From: the human T2T-CHM13v2.0 reference genome, Homo sapiens
Length of the DNA stretch: 64,000 bases
Reading direction: 5' to 3' (one strand)
NCBI RefSeq assembly: GCF_009914755.1
Contig: NC_060928.1
Numbering within the stretch: position 1 is the stretch's first letter; each line of letters opens with the position of its first letter. The notes under the pieces were generated by a model. That model was given only the letters and a program-made list of their open reading frames with translations, had not been told where the DNA came from and searched no databases. A program made the position numbers and the translations under genes. Below, piece by piece: positions 13,721 through 28,020 of the stretch.

Positions 13721-16700
13721 ATGTGGACTTTTGGAACACCAACCAAACTCAGAAAATTTCAAGGCTTTCCTCCATTCCCTCCAAATTCAAGAAGAAGGTA
13801 CTCATAACTAGGTCATGGCTGAAGATGCCATTATAATAGTCATGCTGTTACTGGGGTTGAAGCTTTTAATGTAAGCAACAAAGCCTTGAAATGCTTCCTT
13901 CTAGACAAACTGAATAATCTAACTGTGACATGTGCCCTCCTCAGCTCTTCCTTAGGTCAGAGAGCCAAGGAAGAACCACAGTTAGATTAAGGTGGCCATT
14001 GGGAAAGCTTCTACTTTAATCCCTGGGCTAGAAATTGCTCTTAGGGCTTATTTTTTGTCCATCTGGACCACTTGAATAAATTTAGGCCCAACCTCTTTCC
14101 ATGGGAATGAAACAGGGATCAATATAGCCAAGGTATGCAGCTTGGTAGGGATGCAAAATCCCTGAGTGATGCCTTCCATCCTTCATCTCCCAACACAGTT
14201 CTCTTCTTGCTCCCTTACTCCTGCCACTCTCATGTTTTGAAAGCCAGACTCAAGCATGACCACTGTGTAAGCCACTGCCTCCAATAGAGAAGGAAAGAAA
14301 GGAGAGTAAGGGTTGGAGAACAATTTTCCTGAACATACTCTTCAACCATTTCAGAATGTATCACTCCTTCCTCTTCACTTCCTTCTGCACGTCAATGTGG
14401 GCCTTCTTGTGCAGTGCCTTTTGTGCACCTCAGGGTACTGAGTTCTCCTTTCCCTTGATCCCAGAGGCAGCTGCAATAAGAATACAAATGGCTATGGGGC
14501 TTTGTTGTCACTTCACCAATGAAACAGCACACAAATTCTTATTTGCATTGACCGGGTCCTCTGACTGGCAGAGAAAGCTCTAGGTGCTTATCTCCATCAA
14601 GGTCCTTTCTAGGCCGTTATAAGTGGCACCTGTTAGCAATGAAGGATAACCATCGATCTATAAGGTACTCTTCATGGGCTAGGTGAGTTTGTTATTATTT
14701 GCTTTGTTTTCTTTGTTTGTTTTGTTGTTTGTTGCTGTTTGGGATTTCAGTGAGCCCATGCAGGGAACTACATGGGACACTCTTTCCCTCTAAATCCCAC
14801 TTACTTCCCTTTAAAACTAAGAAAGTGGCAGACAGGCAAGGTAAGACCCAGTGGAAATGGGCTAAGGATGCCACTGAGATTGTTCTCAAAAATGAAGGGG
14901 CAACAGGAGTCTATGGTGGAGGTCCATTCCATGCCATTGATTTAGGACATTGCATTCAAGTGTAGGGCCAAAGCACAGACCAATAACATGATTCCATGGC
15001 CTAGATAGTCTTTAAATATCATTCCTCAAAGACTATGGTGGCCACAATAGATGGCTATTCAAGATTTGTATCCCAACCACTGATGAGCACGCACCTTCCC
15101 AACTCCTCTCACATCACAGTTCTGTTCTTATTGCCTTGGTCTATTCACCATTCCCCCAACATGCCCTAAGTCCATCAGCATGCCTTGTCTTCATTAGACA
15201 GTTGATGGGACTCATGTGGGTTGAGAACAGGGAAGAAGATCATTCAGGTAAAATATTTCATTGATGTTGTTCTAATATGCAAAAAATACAAAAAGTAACA
15301 CTCTTTCCTCAGCTGCTACCAGAAATGAAAATAATCTCAACATTTGACAGAAAGTAAAATTAGATTGTTTCAAAGTCTTCTAAAAATCTGAGTTCTCCTT
15401 AGAAGAGACATTTTTAACAGTTTGGAGACACTGGATAGAAGCCATGGCTGAATTTGAGTTTCTAGGGCACAGGAAATGCTGAGGAGTGAGCTGAGTTGGG
15501 AGAAGGAGCATGATGATCAGCCCAGAAGATCCAGTGCCTTGACTGTTTGGGAAAGCTGGGGTCAGGAAGAAATTGCCTGGAAAAAAGCTGGAAAGTCCAG
15601 TCAAGGGCTTCTGCCCCTCAGGCGAGTGCTGGGAGAAAAGTTGGGAATGCCAATCTGCTTTTTCTCCTCTAGGTTTTTTTCACTAATGGCAAAAGGAAGG
15701 AGAAATACTAGGCATCACAATCCAAGAATATAAGATTCAATTACCCCAACCCTAAGGCCACTTTCATGACAAATATGACTTACACTTGTCTAGAGCCCAA
15801 TATATGCTCTAAAGATTTTTTCTTCTTTAAAGACTTCAAATGAAGTGTGCTCATGGCTGGCTGAGCACATCATGTTGCCATGAGCTCATGACTACTTGCA
15901 AGCTTTCCTGAAGTAGAGCTCCAAATCACACACGTCTGGCCACCATCTTACAGCATGACTGCATCCTGGAATCCCATCAGGCCACTGGAAACAGGCTTTA
16001 TCAAAGCTGTTTTCTGAAACCTGGCTTTAAAAATTGGGAGAAAGGCTTCTTTATTCAATAAAAATCTTGATCTTAGCATTCTGGTTATTTAAAACCTCTC
16101 TTCAGGTATGGATGCACAGGAGCAGGGGGACTTGGTTAATGTGAATCAGGAATTTTAATTTAATGAAAAATTATTGCAAACGATGTTTATTTAAATCATG
16201 ATTAAATCTCAAGGTCTGCAGAGCAGGTTGCGGCTGATGTCATTGGCTGCCATTTACTGTCCAGAAAGCTGCACTACTGATTCCTAAACGTCCTCAGCCA
16301 CATCGTGTGAGTCTTTCTCATAACATGCACAAAAACGAGAACTAGCAGTCTGGGTAACAAAGCCTTTGACCTGCTGATGGGTGAAAGCTGCCGTTAGCTC
16401 TGTGCTTGCTTCAGAGCTGCCACTCCTTTCCTTTCCTACACCAGTCTCAGAGAGACGCTGTGTCACCCAGTGGACACTAAAGTGATGGCTTTTTAAACCT
16501 AATCAATGACTAATGATAGGTCACCATAGTCTCTTGAAGAATATTTTCTTAGAACTAGACTTTTGTGGTAAAACACCTGGTTATCTATGCTTTGGGTACT
16601 TCAAAATATTTGAGAAGCTATAATAGGCCCCAAAGCAGCTGAGTGATCATCTTTCTGCTTCCATAGGGCACGCGGCAGGCCTCATCATGAGGGATGAAAT

Positions 16701-19700
16701 CTACACTTGCTGGTTCTCCTGTGGACTTGGAATTTACCATCACAAAGATAATTCAGACCTAGCACTTCCCAGAGGTTGAGCCCCAGTACATTGATTGAGG
16801 AACTGTCAAAACAGGCTTGCAAAAATATAGTATATTTTGAGTGTTTACATTTAATAAATTAACACTTGTGAAACACTATAAACAATGCAACATAATTGTG
16901 TGATGACTTGTAAAAATTAATTCAGGCTGTGCAGTTTTATAATGGGGTAATTGTATAGTTGCATGAGAAAAAAGTCCTTTTCACATTTATCCTGAATCTC
17001 AGTGACCATATGCATAACCTCGTTTGAAGTTAAGGTGAAAGTCTAAATTTGACATATTTTGTGAATAAGAGGCCTGGACCAATGCCATCCTAGATAAGCT
17101 ACTTGTTCTCCCTGTTCTCAAAGGGACACAATGAAATCACATGTAAAAAATATTTTTGAGTAACAAGATAATTGAATTTGGTGAGAGAGTGCTGTTCTTA
17201 AAATCGGTATGTTGGCAGGATGGTTCTTTCCATCTTTGCTGAAGTTTGCTATATCTCCGGTCCTAACGTTTTTGAGCAAAGTTTACTGCATATCTCTTGC
17301 CAGGTCAGCTGAATATGAACTTAAAGGGACCTAACAAAACAGGCAGTATGCATCGATGATTTAGAATTCCACTGTGCCCACGAGGACAAGTAAGAGCAAG
17401 CGCCTTGGGCAAAGGACATGGGTATTACCTCCATAACATGCTGTGCTAGGCTGCATATTCAGGACAGGATCTCTGACAGTGGAGAAATAACGACTTTCTG
17501 ATGGACTGCTAGGGTGCCAGCATGGATTTTCCTGGCTTCAGTGGAATAACTCATTTTTCCATCTGTAAATAGAGTACTGAGACATTATCTTCATATATGC
17601 TTGATGTTAGTCAGGGGCACTTCGGGGTACAATTTTGAAGCTCTAGGGAAATTTTATAGCAAAGGTTAAAGTCCAGAGAGGAAAAGAGTCTAGATAGCAA
17701 TTGAAAATTGGGCACAAATGAAGTATAGTTTGACCCCCACATCTCCTGCCTACAAACTGCAGACCCAGCTGCAGTAGGTGGTAGTGAAATAAGGGAAGTT
17801 CTAGGGGGGACTCCGTCCTCTTCAGCAAGTGACAGATGGTGTGAAACCACACGGTAGCTTGGCAGTATGGGGCGGCTGCTGCTTAGTCACTCCTAACTCA
17901 GGAACCTAGTATTGAAACTTGAACAGCCTTCCCTGTCTGGCTATAATGCAGCCCAGACATCCCTTGTCAACAAGTTAGTCAACAGTGCTCTGAACAATAT
18001 CCGGTAAGTCTGATGTCTTACTTGCCGAACCAGTCAAAACAAGAAAAGTGGGCTCTGTTGGAACATTCCCTTTGGTTAACTGAAGATCTCTAGTTTCATT
18101 TCTCCCCACCACCATCCCCTTTGTTCATTCACTTGTGCATTCAGTCAGCAGAGGAGCCAGGGGGATATGACGAACTTTCACTGGTTATATACTATGTGCT
18201 GGTTACAGTTTAAGGAATACGAAGCTGTAAGGTTTGCTCTCTTTCTGCAGGAAGCTCACAGTCCAGCTAAGGAGACACGTGCAAAAATAAACAATGGTGA
18301 TCCTTAGGGGTAGATACAATACTGGAGGTGGTACTTGGTACAATGGTGGCTCATAGGAGGGAGAGACAGAATTGCTTAATTGGATCCTTCACAAAAACTG
18401 ATATTCATCATGATTCAACTTCCACTGTATGCCAGGTACAGTACCAAATATTTTACCTGTTTTATCTCATTTAATTCTCCATTGACTACCATTTCAAAGA
18501 TTATTAAAACAAAGCTCCAGGAAAACAAGTAACATACCCAAGGCCATGAAACTAGTAAGAGGAAGAGCCAGGATTCAAGTCGAAGTCAGTCTGTCTTTTC
18601 AGTTCTCTGATGCTCCTCACCGAGTAATCCGTTGCAAGGATAACGAGCGTGAAACTGTCTGGTACGTTACCCTGCGAAGCAGGGTCATATAAGGGAATGG
18701 CGGCCATGGGGGCTGGCTTGAGCCAGAAACAACTCCTGCTCCTGGCTGCAGAGGGAACTGGATGGGGAGGCAGCCCTCACAAGTGACCAGCACTTGTCAC
18801 TACCCTGTCCTTGCCTGCTTCTTTCAAGGGATGCAGGTTCCCACCTACTCAGCCTCATCCACACTCTTGAAGGGTGCTGATGTAGGGCACCAGTATCCAT
18901 GGCCAAGGGGATTTTGATCTGGCTTCCTTTGCATATCTTGAATTTTTTTCTTTTCTGACCCTACAAAGGATTAAAAAAGGAAATGCCTCTTTCATTAAAT
19001 ATTATGACACCTACCTGAATTTTCCTGGAGGGCCATCCCCCCGTTCTCACCATTTAGTCTTCTTAGAAAAAGTTCTAGTGAACAATCAAATGTGATTGAG
19101 AATTTGGGTACATACTTTCTACCATTTCTTAACCCCATTACTGCCCCTGAGGCATAAGATAAACTATGACTAGAAAGAGTGGCCACGGTTGGGGTAGGCG
19201 GGGAAGTTGATTGGTCCTGACCCCCAGGGATTCAGGTGTGACACCTGTCCACCTTTGAGGATCACTATTCTGGCAGTTCAGTGTCATTGCTGCCTTCATA
19301 TCTGTGTCAGCTTAGTTGTTCCTCTTTGTAGCACATCACTGACAATGCTTGGAGCCTGCTAAGAGAGCACAGCAGAAGAATTATTTTTAAATATGTAATT
19401 TTTTCTTATTTGTCCTTGGCATGTGTATTTGTCAACAGTGGAGCTTCTCTCCACAACTACCTACCTAGCTAATATTCTGTCTTTTGGATACTCAGTTCTC
19501 TCTAGCCTGAGACATGAATCTGGCTCTATCTTCATTCTCTTGATCCATCTCACAGATCCTCTTTCTCTGGTTCTTTTCCTGGATTAATTTCTTGGGCTCT
19601 GACCACTTCCAACCCTCCCTTCTCAAGCATAGATAAACGAGAACAAAGCTGAACTCTCCCATAGCAATCACTGCTCACTACTATTAAAACCACTACATGT

Positions 19701-19953
19701 AGTAATGGAGGTGAATCAAACTCAGGAAGACTAGGATAGAAAATTTCCTTTTATGACTACCAGAAATGAAAATTACCCCCATGGTTGAAGCAGTTTCCTC
19801 TTAGCCACTTCTATTTTCACTCTGTCTAGATTTCTATTTTAGGCCGATGTGGTTGGAAAGGCTTATAGAACATATACCTTTTGCAATTTATAGAAATGCT
19901 TACAAGAGCCTTCCTTTGATATTGGGCAGAGTTGAGGAAATTGTCCAGAGTTA

Positions 19954-20498
19954 CAGTAGTCCACCCTTATCAACAGTTTCGCATTCCGCAGTTTGTTATC
20001 CACAGCCAATCACAGTCTGAAATTATTAAAAGGAAAATTACAGAAATAATTCATAAGTTTTAAATTGTGCACTGTTCTAAGTTGTGTGGTAAAATCTCAT
20101 GCCATCCTGCTTCATCCCATCTGGGACACTAATCATCCCTTTGTCCAGCACATCCACACCATCTATGTATCCAGCCCTTTGTCACTTAGTAGCCTTCTTG
20201 GTTATTAGAGCTACTGTCTCGGTATCACAGTGCTTGTGTTCAAGTCACCCTTACTTTACTTAAAAATGGCCATAAAGCTCAAGAGTAGTGATGCTGGCAT
20301 ATTGTTATAATTGTTCTGTTTTGTTACTATTAATCTCTTACCGTGCCTAATTTATACATTAAACTTTATTGTAGGCAGGTATGTATGTATCAGAAAAAAA
20401 AAACCTAGTACATATAGGGTTCTGTATTATCCCCAGTTTTAGACATCCATTAGGAGTCTTGGAACATACACCCCACGAATAAGGTGGGGGGACTACTA
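19954..20498. mobile_element. MER44-type (Tigger7-derived) DNA transposon
   Basis: TIRs CAGTAGTCCACCCTTATC ... GAATAAGGTGGGGGGACTACT; preceded by TA. Confidence 0.85.
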
Positions 20499-21714
20499 TC
20501 TACCAAAGTTCTACTTTCTGACCTCAGGGCTGAACACCAAGTGCTTGACACAGAGTTGGCATTTGTTAAGTGTTTGAGAGATATTATATGCTTTTCTGGA
20601 GACATGGACATTGACAGATACTCATGTTTTCAACTGGCCCAAGCTGTCTAGTGCTTCTTTCGCATCAATTAGACAGAGGAAATTAGGAAGAGGTTCATTC
20701 CATTCAACAGACAACACACTGAAACACTGCCTGTGTTACCATCAGAATAGTAATTCCACTTTTCTCTCCTTTTTTAATTATCCCAAACACCTACATATAC
20801 ATTCCCCATATTCGCATCTCCCATATGCCGCAAGTACGTGGCCCAGGTAAATGCTCTATAAATATTGATGATTGAAGCCTATTGATCATTTTTATTAACA
20901 TAGGATTACAGCCTCTTGGAATATGTAGAGGAGTTCCAAGGTAGTCAGAGACGTTTGTACTGCGTGGCTCCGGGAAAAGGTAAGATATATTTTTAATTCA
21001 GAAGAGGATAATATCCTAAATTTATATATAAATTGCTAACCACCTACCACACATGTCAGAAATGTCATTTTAGGGAATGTCTCTTCTGTCTTTAGAAACC
21101 AGTTTCCATAGGAGGAAAAAGCAGCCTAAGGTAAAAGTCTTTCTCTTCCCAGCAGCGTAATAAGTGAGCCAAGGTCAAAAGTCACCATCCTACTTCAAAG
21201 AAGCTGACAGCTGTGGGGGATTCACAGAGGCAGTTTACAGGAAGTTTGATATTCCAGTTCTTTCAGCTAATGCAAGTATTATTTCTTTTTTAAAATAAAT
21301 GATTTTCAACAGAATTGCATGTGGCATAATTCAGTAAAGTGAAACACAGTATCAAAATATGAATCATAAACTTACCTGGAAAAACGCTCAAGAACAGGTT
21401 TTCCATGGACATAAGTCACATGGCCATTCCTTCTTTTTCTGCTCCTGTATAGAAAACCGAATAGTCAACACAATGTCCATTGGCATGACAGTAGCCCATG
21501 AATTATTCGCTCTCCTGTGGAGATGTCACACACTCATTCTGTGAGCAGGATTACAATAGTCTTATAAATTCAAATGGGTTTGGCACATGTGTAGTTCTTT
21601 GCTCCAGGCCCCAGTACAGGGCCAGTATTTTTATTTTGTGACCAGAATGGGCATGTTAAATGCTATTTTATGCCATGCAAAGTTTATTAATAAGAAATGT
21701 TACCTGTCTCATAC

Positions 21715-21968
21715 TATTTATTTGTTTATTTATTGAGATGGAGTCTCACTCTGTCACCCAGTCTGGAATGCAGTAGTGTTACCTTGGCTCACTGCAAGGT
21801 CTGCCTCCTGGGTTCAAGTGATTCTTGTGCCTCAGCCTCCTAAGTAGCTGGGATTACAGGCATGCACTCCACACCCAGATAATTTTTGTATTTTTAGTAG
21901 AGACAGGGTTTTGCCACGTTGGCTAGGCTGGTCTCAAACTCTAACCTCAAGTGATCTACCCGCCTGGG
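21715..21968 (-). mobile_element. Alu, 5'-truncated
   Basis: (TTAT)n tail plus reverse Alu body. Confidence 0.9.
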
Positions 21969-22107
21969 CGTACCATTTATTACATATACTGTACTATTAT
22001 ATTATACTATCATTATTGTTATACTATTATTATTTAGATATATATACATTCCTACTATATACACATACTAATTATGGCTGGTGTCACCATATTAAAAATG
22101 TTTCTCA

Positions 22108-22416
<309 letters not shown>

Positions 22417-22889
22417 TCAAATTTTAGCAACTATCATAATCACCTGGGAAGTGAATTAAACAGACACAGCTTCTCTAGTCCAATCCCCAGAAATTTTGAT
22501 TCTGTAATTTGGACTCTGGAATCCACATGTGTACAAGTGCCCCAAATGACCCTGATCAGCCAACAGGACCCAGGCCACACTTGGCACAGCCCTGCCCCAG
22601 CTTCATATCCACGCCATTCACCACTGTGGCCCTGCTGCCAGCAAGTGCCTGTGCACAGTCACTGTGCAACTAACATCCACTGAATGACAGACTTTGGCAT
22701 CAGGACATCTAGATTTGAGAACTTATTCTTCTTTAACTTCTTTAATTGATCACTTAAACTCTGAGCTCCAAATGTTCTTATCTGTAAAAAGGGAATAATG
22801 TCTGTCTACAGAGTTCTAGGTTGTCAGTGACAAAGAAGCAACACCAAAAACATTTCTGGCCACCTTGATCAGAAAAGAAATAATTGGAT

Positions 22890-23465
22890 CATTATCACAT
22901 GATCCAGCAATCCCACTTCTGGATATTTATCCAAAGGATTTGAAGTCAGTATGTCAAAGAGATATCTGCACCCCCATGTTTATTGTAGTTTTATTCACAA
23001 TGGCCAAGATATGGAAATAATCTAAGTGTACATCAGCAGATAAATGAATAAAGAATATGTGGTGCTTATACACAATAGAGTACTATTCAGCCTTAAAAAG
23101 AAGAAAATCCTATGATTTGCAACAACATGGATACACTTAGTTATGCTAAGTGAAATAAGCCAGGCATAGAAAGACAAATACATGTTCTCACTTACATGTG
23201 GAATCTAAGAAAACATTGAAATCACAGAAGTAGAGAGTGGAATGGTGGTTGTCAGGGGTTGGGGGAAGGGGAATGGGGAGATATTGGTGAAAGGGTACAA
23301 AGTTTCAGTTTAACAGGAGGACTAAATGGTAAATATTTGACATGATGGATATATTAACTAGCTTGATACAATTATTCCACTATATATATCATAATATCAT
23401 TGTGTGCCCCATAATTCTATACAATTATAGTTTGTCAATATATAATGAAATTAATTAAATAAATA
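22890..23465 (+). mobile_element. L1MA 3' end
   Basis: ATGATCCAGCAATCCCACTTCTGG...GGGTACAAAGTTTCAGTT...A-rich end. Confidence 0.85.
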
Positions 23466-25544
23466 ATTGAAAGGACATTGGACAGCTCATGAAATCCCTG
23501 GCAAGGCTGAAGGACTGAGGAAACCAGGGGGAGCTGGGCAGCAAGGAACCATGCCAAGATCATGCCACAGGGGCAATCCAGTGAAGACATAGACTTTCAT
23601 CACTCAAGATTCAGTTTTGAGTGAGAACACGAAGCTGGCCATCCTGGGTCTTGTGTACTGGCTGCCAGGGGCCTTTTCAGATTTCATAGTGGAAATGGGG
23701 CCTCATTGTCCCTCAAGATTTACACAAGATTTCTCCAAAACAGGAAGTTTTGAATGCTGGGCAGCTAAATGTGCATTATGAATTAACTCCAACTTAAGTT
23801 GGAAGAAATTCAGAGAGGTTAATAACGTATAAACAAGTGGCAGAGCTGTGGTTTTAACTCATATCTCTTTCCTCTCTTTGTACTTAGAACAGAGCCCTCT
23901 TGAAGGTCTGTTCTTTTGGCTTTCCTTTGAATTTCAGTGGTCTCAGGCAATTTTTTTCCCTCATCGATTCTTCCCACACCAACAAGGTAAGAAATGCTTG
24001 ACCTTACAGAGGCGAGCAGAAAGTAGAAACTGAAAAGCACACTCTGTTTCCCTGATTATGCCTATGATTAATCACTTTCTGACAAAACGAAACTGTTTCT
24101 AACCTCAAATTAAACATTTTAAAAGCCAACAAGGCTTGAAAGAACAGAATCACTTCCAATTTATGGTAAGAAGGAGCAGTAATAATCATTGCATCACATC
24201 ATCTCCCATATGTGCCCTGTATTAGGAATCATACCTAAGTTCGAGAGTCGTCACTGGTGCCATCACGATGAATGAGTGGACATCCCCGTGAGACTTGGCC
24301 TTCCAAAGCAAAGCTGGTCAACTCATGTGGCTTTGAGGAAGTCGACTCCAGAATAAAAGTTAATGGAAATGCATAAGCGGAGCAATGATGAGATAGAAAA
24401 CTACCTTAAATTTGAAAATCATTTCACATTTTATTAAGCACTTTCGCATACCTTAACTTCTTGTAATATCCCTGCATATCCCTTTTTATAGATGAGAACA
24501 TTTGGAACTCAAAATTTAAATGGTCAGTTTAAGAAGAATGAGCTGTTAAATCTAGGTCTCTTGATTCTGGTGAAAATCTTGGCATGCTTGAAGACAAGGG
24601 TGCTCTTGCAGAGAAGAACATATGTCACAGTGGTATCACCAGTTGGGCAAAAAGCTCTGTCATCAACCAGTCGAGGAGAGGTGAGGACGAGTGCTACCCC
24701 AGAGGTGGTAGCTTGAAAGTGAAAAGACAGGGGTATTTCTAACAGCTATTAAGGACAGAACACAGAGATTGGGCTGAGTTAGAGGATAAACTGGGGCAGT
24801 GCCTCTCTCTGAGCAGCAGCAAAAGGTCAGCATTGCTGCTGGCTGATGTGGAATTTATAATGAAAGCCATGCCGTAGTAGGCAAGGATGTTTTGCTTTAA
24901 AAAGTGACATTTGCCTCTTGGTAATACATGCTGCAGGTGTAAGTGTTTGGGGGCTCCACATTCCAGTGTGATGCAAAAAGCACTGGACTTTTAATCAAGG
25001 GAGCTGGCTTGAGTCATGCATGTCTATCTCTGGAGGCTGCCAGAGTCAGTCATGCAGAGGACGAGAGGAGTGAGCTCTTAGCCAACTTGCTTCAAGTCCA
25101 TAGAGGTCCAGTTTCTCCTTCTGCCCTGAAAACCTGGGTCCACAGAGCCATCTTAAGTACCTCAAGCCCAGGGCAAAGGTCCTGGTAGCACCACTTATCT
25201 GGAGTACAGATCACTGGAGCCATTTGTCTCCTCTACAAACAGGGACAACAATTAAAATAATGAGACAATAGGCTGGTCAGGAAGTCCCCCAATACTTGCA
25301 TCAAAATTACCCATTTTAGCAGCTTGTTATTAGAGCTATTGGGCATCAACATAGCTCAAAAGCTTCCCTCTGGCCATAATAAAACATTTCATGTCACAAA
25401 TCCCAGGCACAGTGGCCTGGGCTCTGTTGACAGGCAGCTGGGCAGGTCCAGGGGCATACTGATGCCAGTGAGGGCCATGGGGCTCATCTTTCCCAGGTCC
25501 ACATTCAACAACCTCATTTTGGTGGTTTGAAATTGGCCATAATC

Positions 25545-25809
25545 CACATGGACACTGGGAGGGGAACAACACACACTGTTCAGGCCTGTCGGGGTAGGAG
25601 GCTGGGGAAGGGAGAGCACCAGGATAAATAGCTAATGCATGTGAGGCTTAATACCTAGGTGATGGGTTGATAGGGGCAGCAAACCACCACAGCACCTGTT
25701 TACCTATGTAACAAACTTGCACGTCCTGCACATGTATCCCAGAACTTAAAATAAAATTTTAAAAAATAATAAAAATTAGAAAATAAAATACAGAAAAATA
25801 GAGGGAAAA
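25545..25809 (+). mobile_element. 5'-truncated L1PA 3' end
   Basis: L1 3' UTR plus A-rich tail; TSD aaattggcca at 25530 and 25810. Confidence 0.88.
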
Positions 25810-27109
25810 AAATTGGCCACGGTAAGAGTATGTACATCACAGAAATAGACAAATGCCATGAGTCAGAACTTTATATTTTCCAGAAAGCTGGTTGTAAAGC
25901 ATTTACCAGCAGCACATCATTTTTGGTTTTAGGTGATTTTTTTTTTTTTTTTTACCAGTGACACAAAGTCCCTTTGCATATCAGGGAGGCAGCATGGCCC
26001 CCTAGTTTCCATTCACTTAATGTACTACGGGCAGCCGCTGTTTTTGAGTTATCTTCTAAGACCTCTTATGCTATAATCAAGAAAACATGTTGTCTTAGAA
26101 AATTTCCACCACTCTGAGACACCTTGAGTAAAAGTATCCCTAGTTTGTACTTTTAAACTCAGGGCCAGGATGTATTGAGTTTAGAAACCCAAGTACACAC
26201 ACTAAGGATGCTAAAATTTCGGTACCACAGACCACATCTTTTTTGTACATTGCTTATTGCCTGCAAGATAGTTTGCTCATCTGAAGGCAAGAACAGAGCA
26301 ATGGCCATGATTTAGTTCACTTTTGGACCCTGAGTAAAATTGAACCATGCGGGAAGATCAAATAAGCCTTTCTTTGTTTGTGACACATAGGAGAGTATGG
26401 CATAAAAGTGTGAAAGCCACAGACTTTGAATATAAATGCAGTCATGTAGGTGTTAATACTCCACGTATATAACTTTGTCCTACTTGCCTATAGGGCCTCT
26501 GTCCTGCACCCCCAAAGAGCACCCTAATAATGAAACAATACTGTTGGCGATTTTTTGCTCTAGCCTTCTTATCAAAAGCATCACTGCTGTCCTGTGGAGG
26601 CTTCCTGTGAGGATGCTGTTCTGTCACCCTGAGCCTTCACAGTCTTGGAGCTATACTGTTGTCTGCAGAGCAGTTAGAGGGAAGGACTCTCTCCCCAGTT
26701 TTCTGTCCCACTTCCTAAGACAATGTCCCCTGGGCTCCAAACAAGCATGCTTGCATCCAGAGATGTGATCACATAGAGGCTCCTCAATTTGGCACTCAAA
26801 CACCTCTCCCATGGGTCCAAACAGTCTTTCAGCTTGGGTACAAATGGGGAATTAACCACTCCCTCTGTTGACCTAATCATACTCAACAAATTGTTACTTT
26901 TTGCAAACAAAACAAAGTCCCTTTTCATATTACTGAGGCAGATAGAAGGCAGTATAACAAGAAATACAATGGAATTTTTCCTGTTGTCCCGGAAGGGAGC
27001 TAAGATCTAAAGCTGACAAGCAAAAACACTAACAGTGTGTGTCCATTAAGATGATTTTCTAAGTAACCAAAATTGCTAGGTATAGGTTTTGTCTTGAGTA
27101 AGACCATCT

Positions 27110-28020
<911 letters not shown>

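Noticed and set aside
15316-19773. 17-bp exact match CTACCAGAAATGAAAAT at 15316 and 19757
   Set aside because: A single AT-rich 17-mer match in 64 kb is plausible by chance, and the flanks do not extend the alignment.
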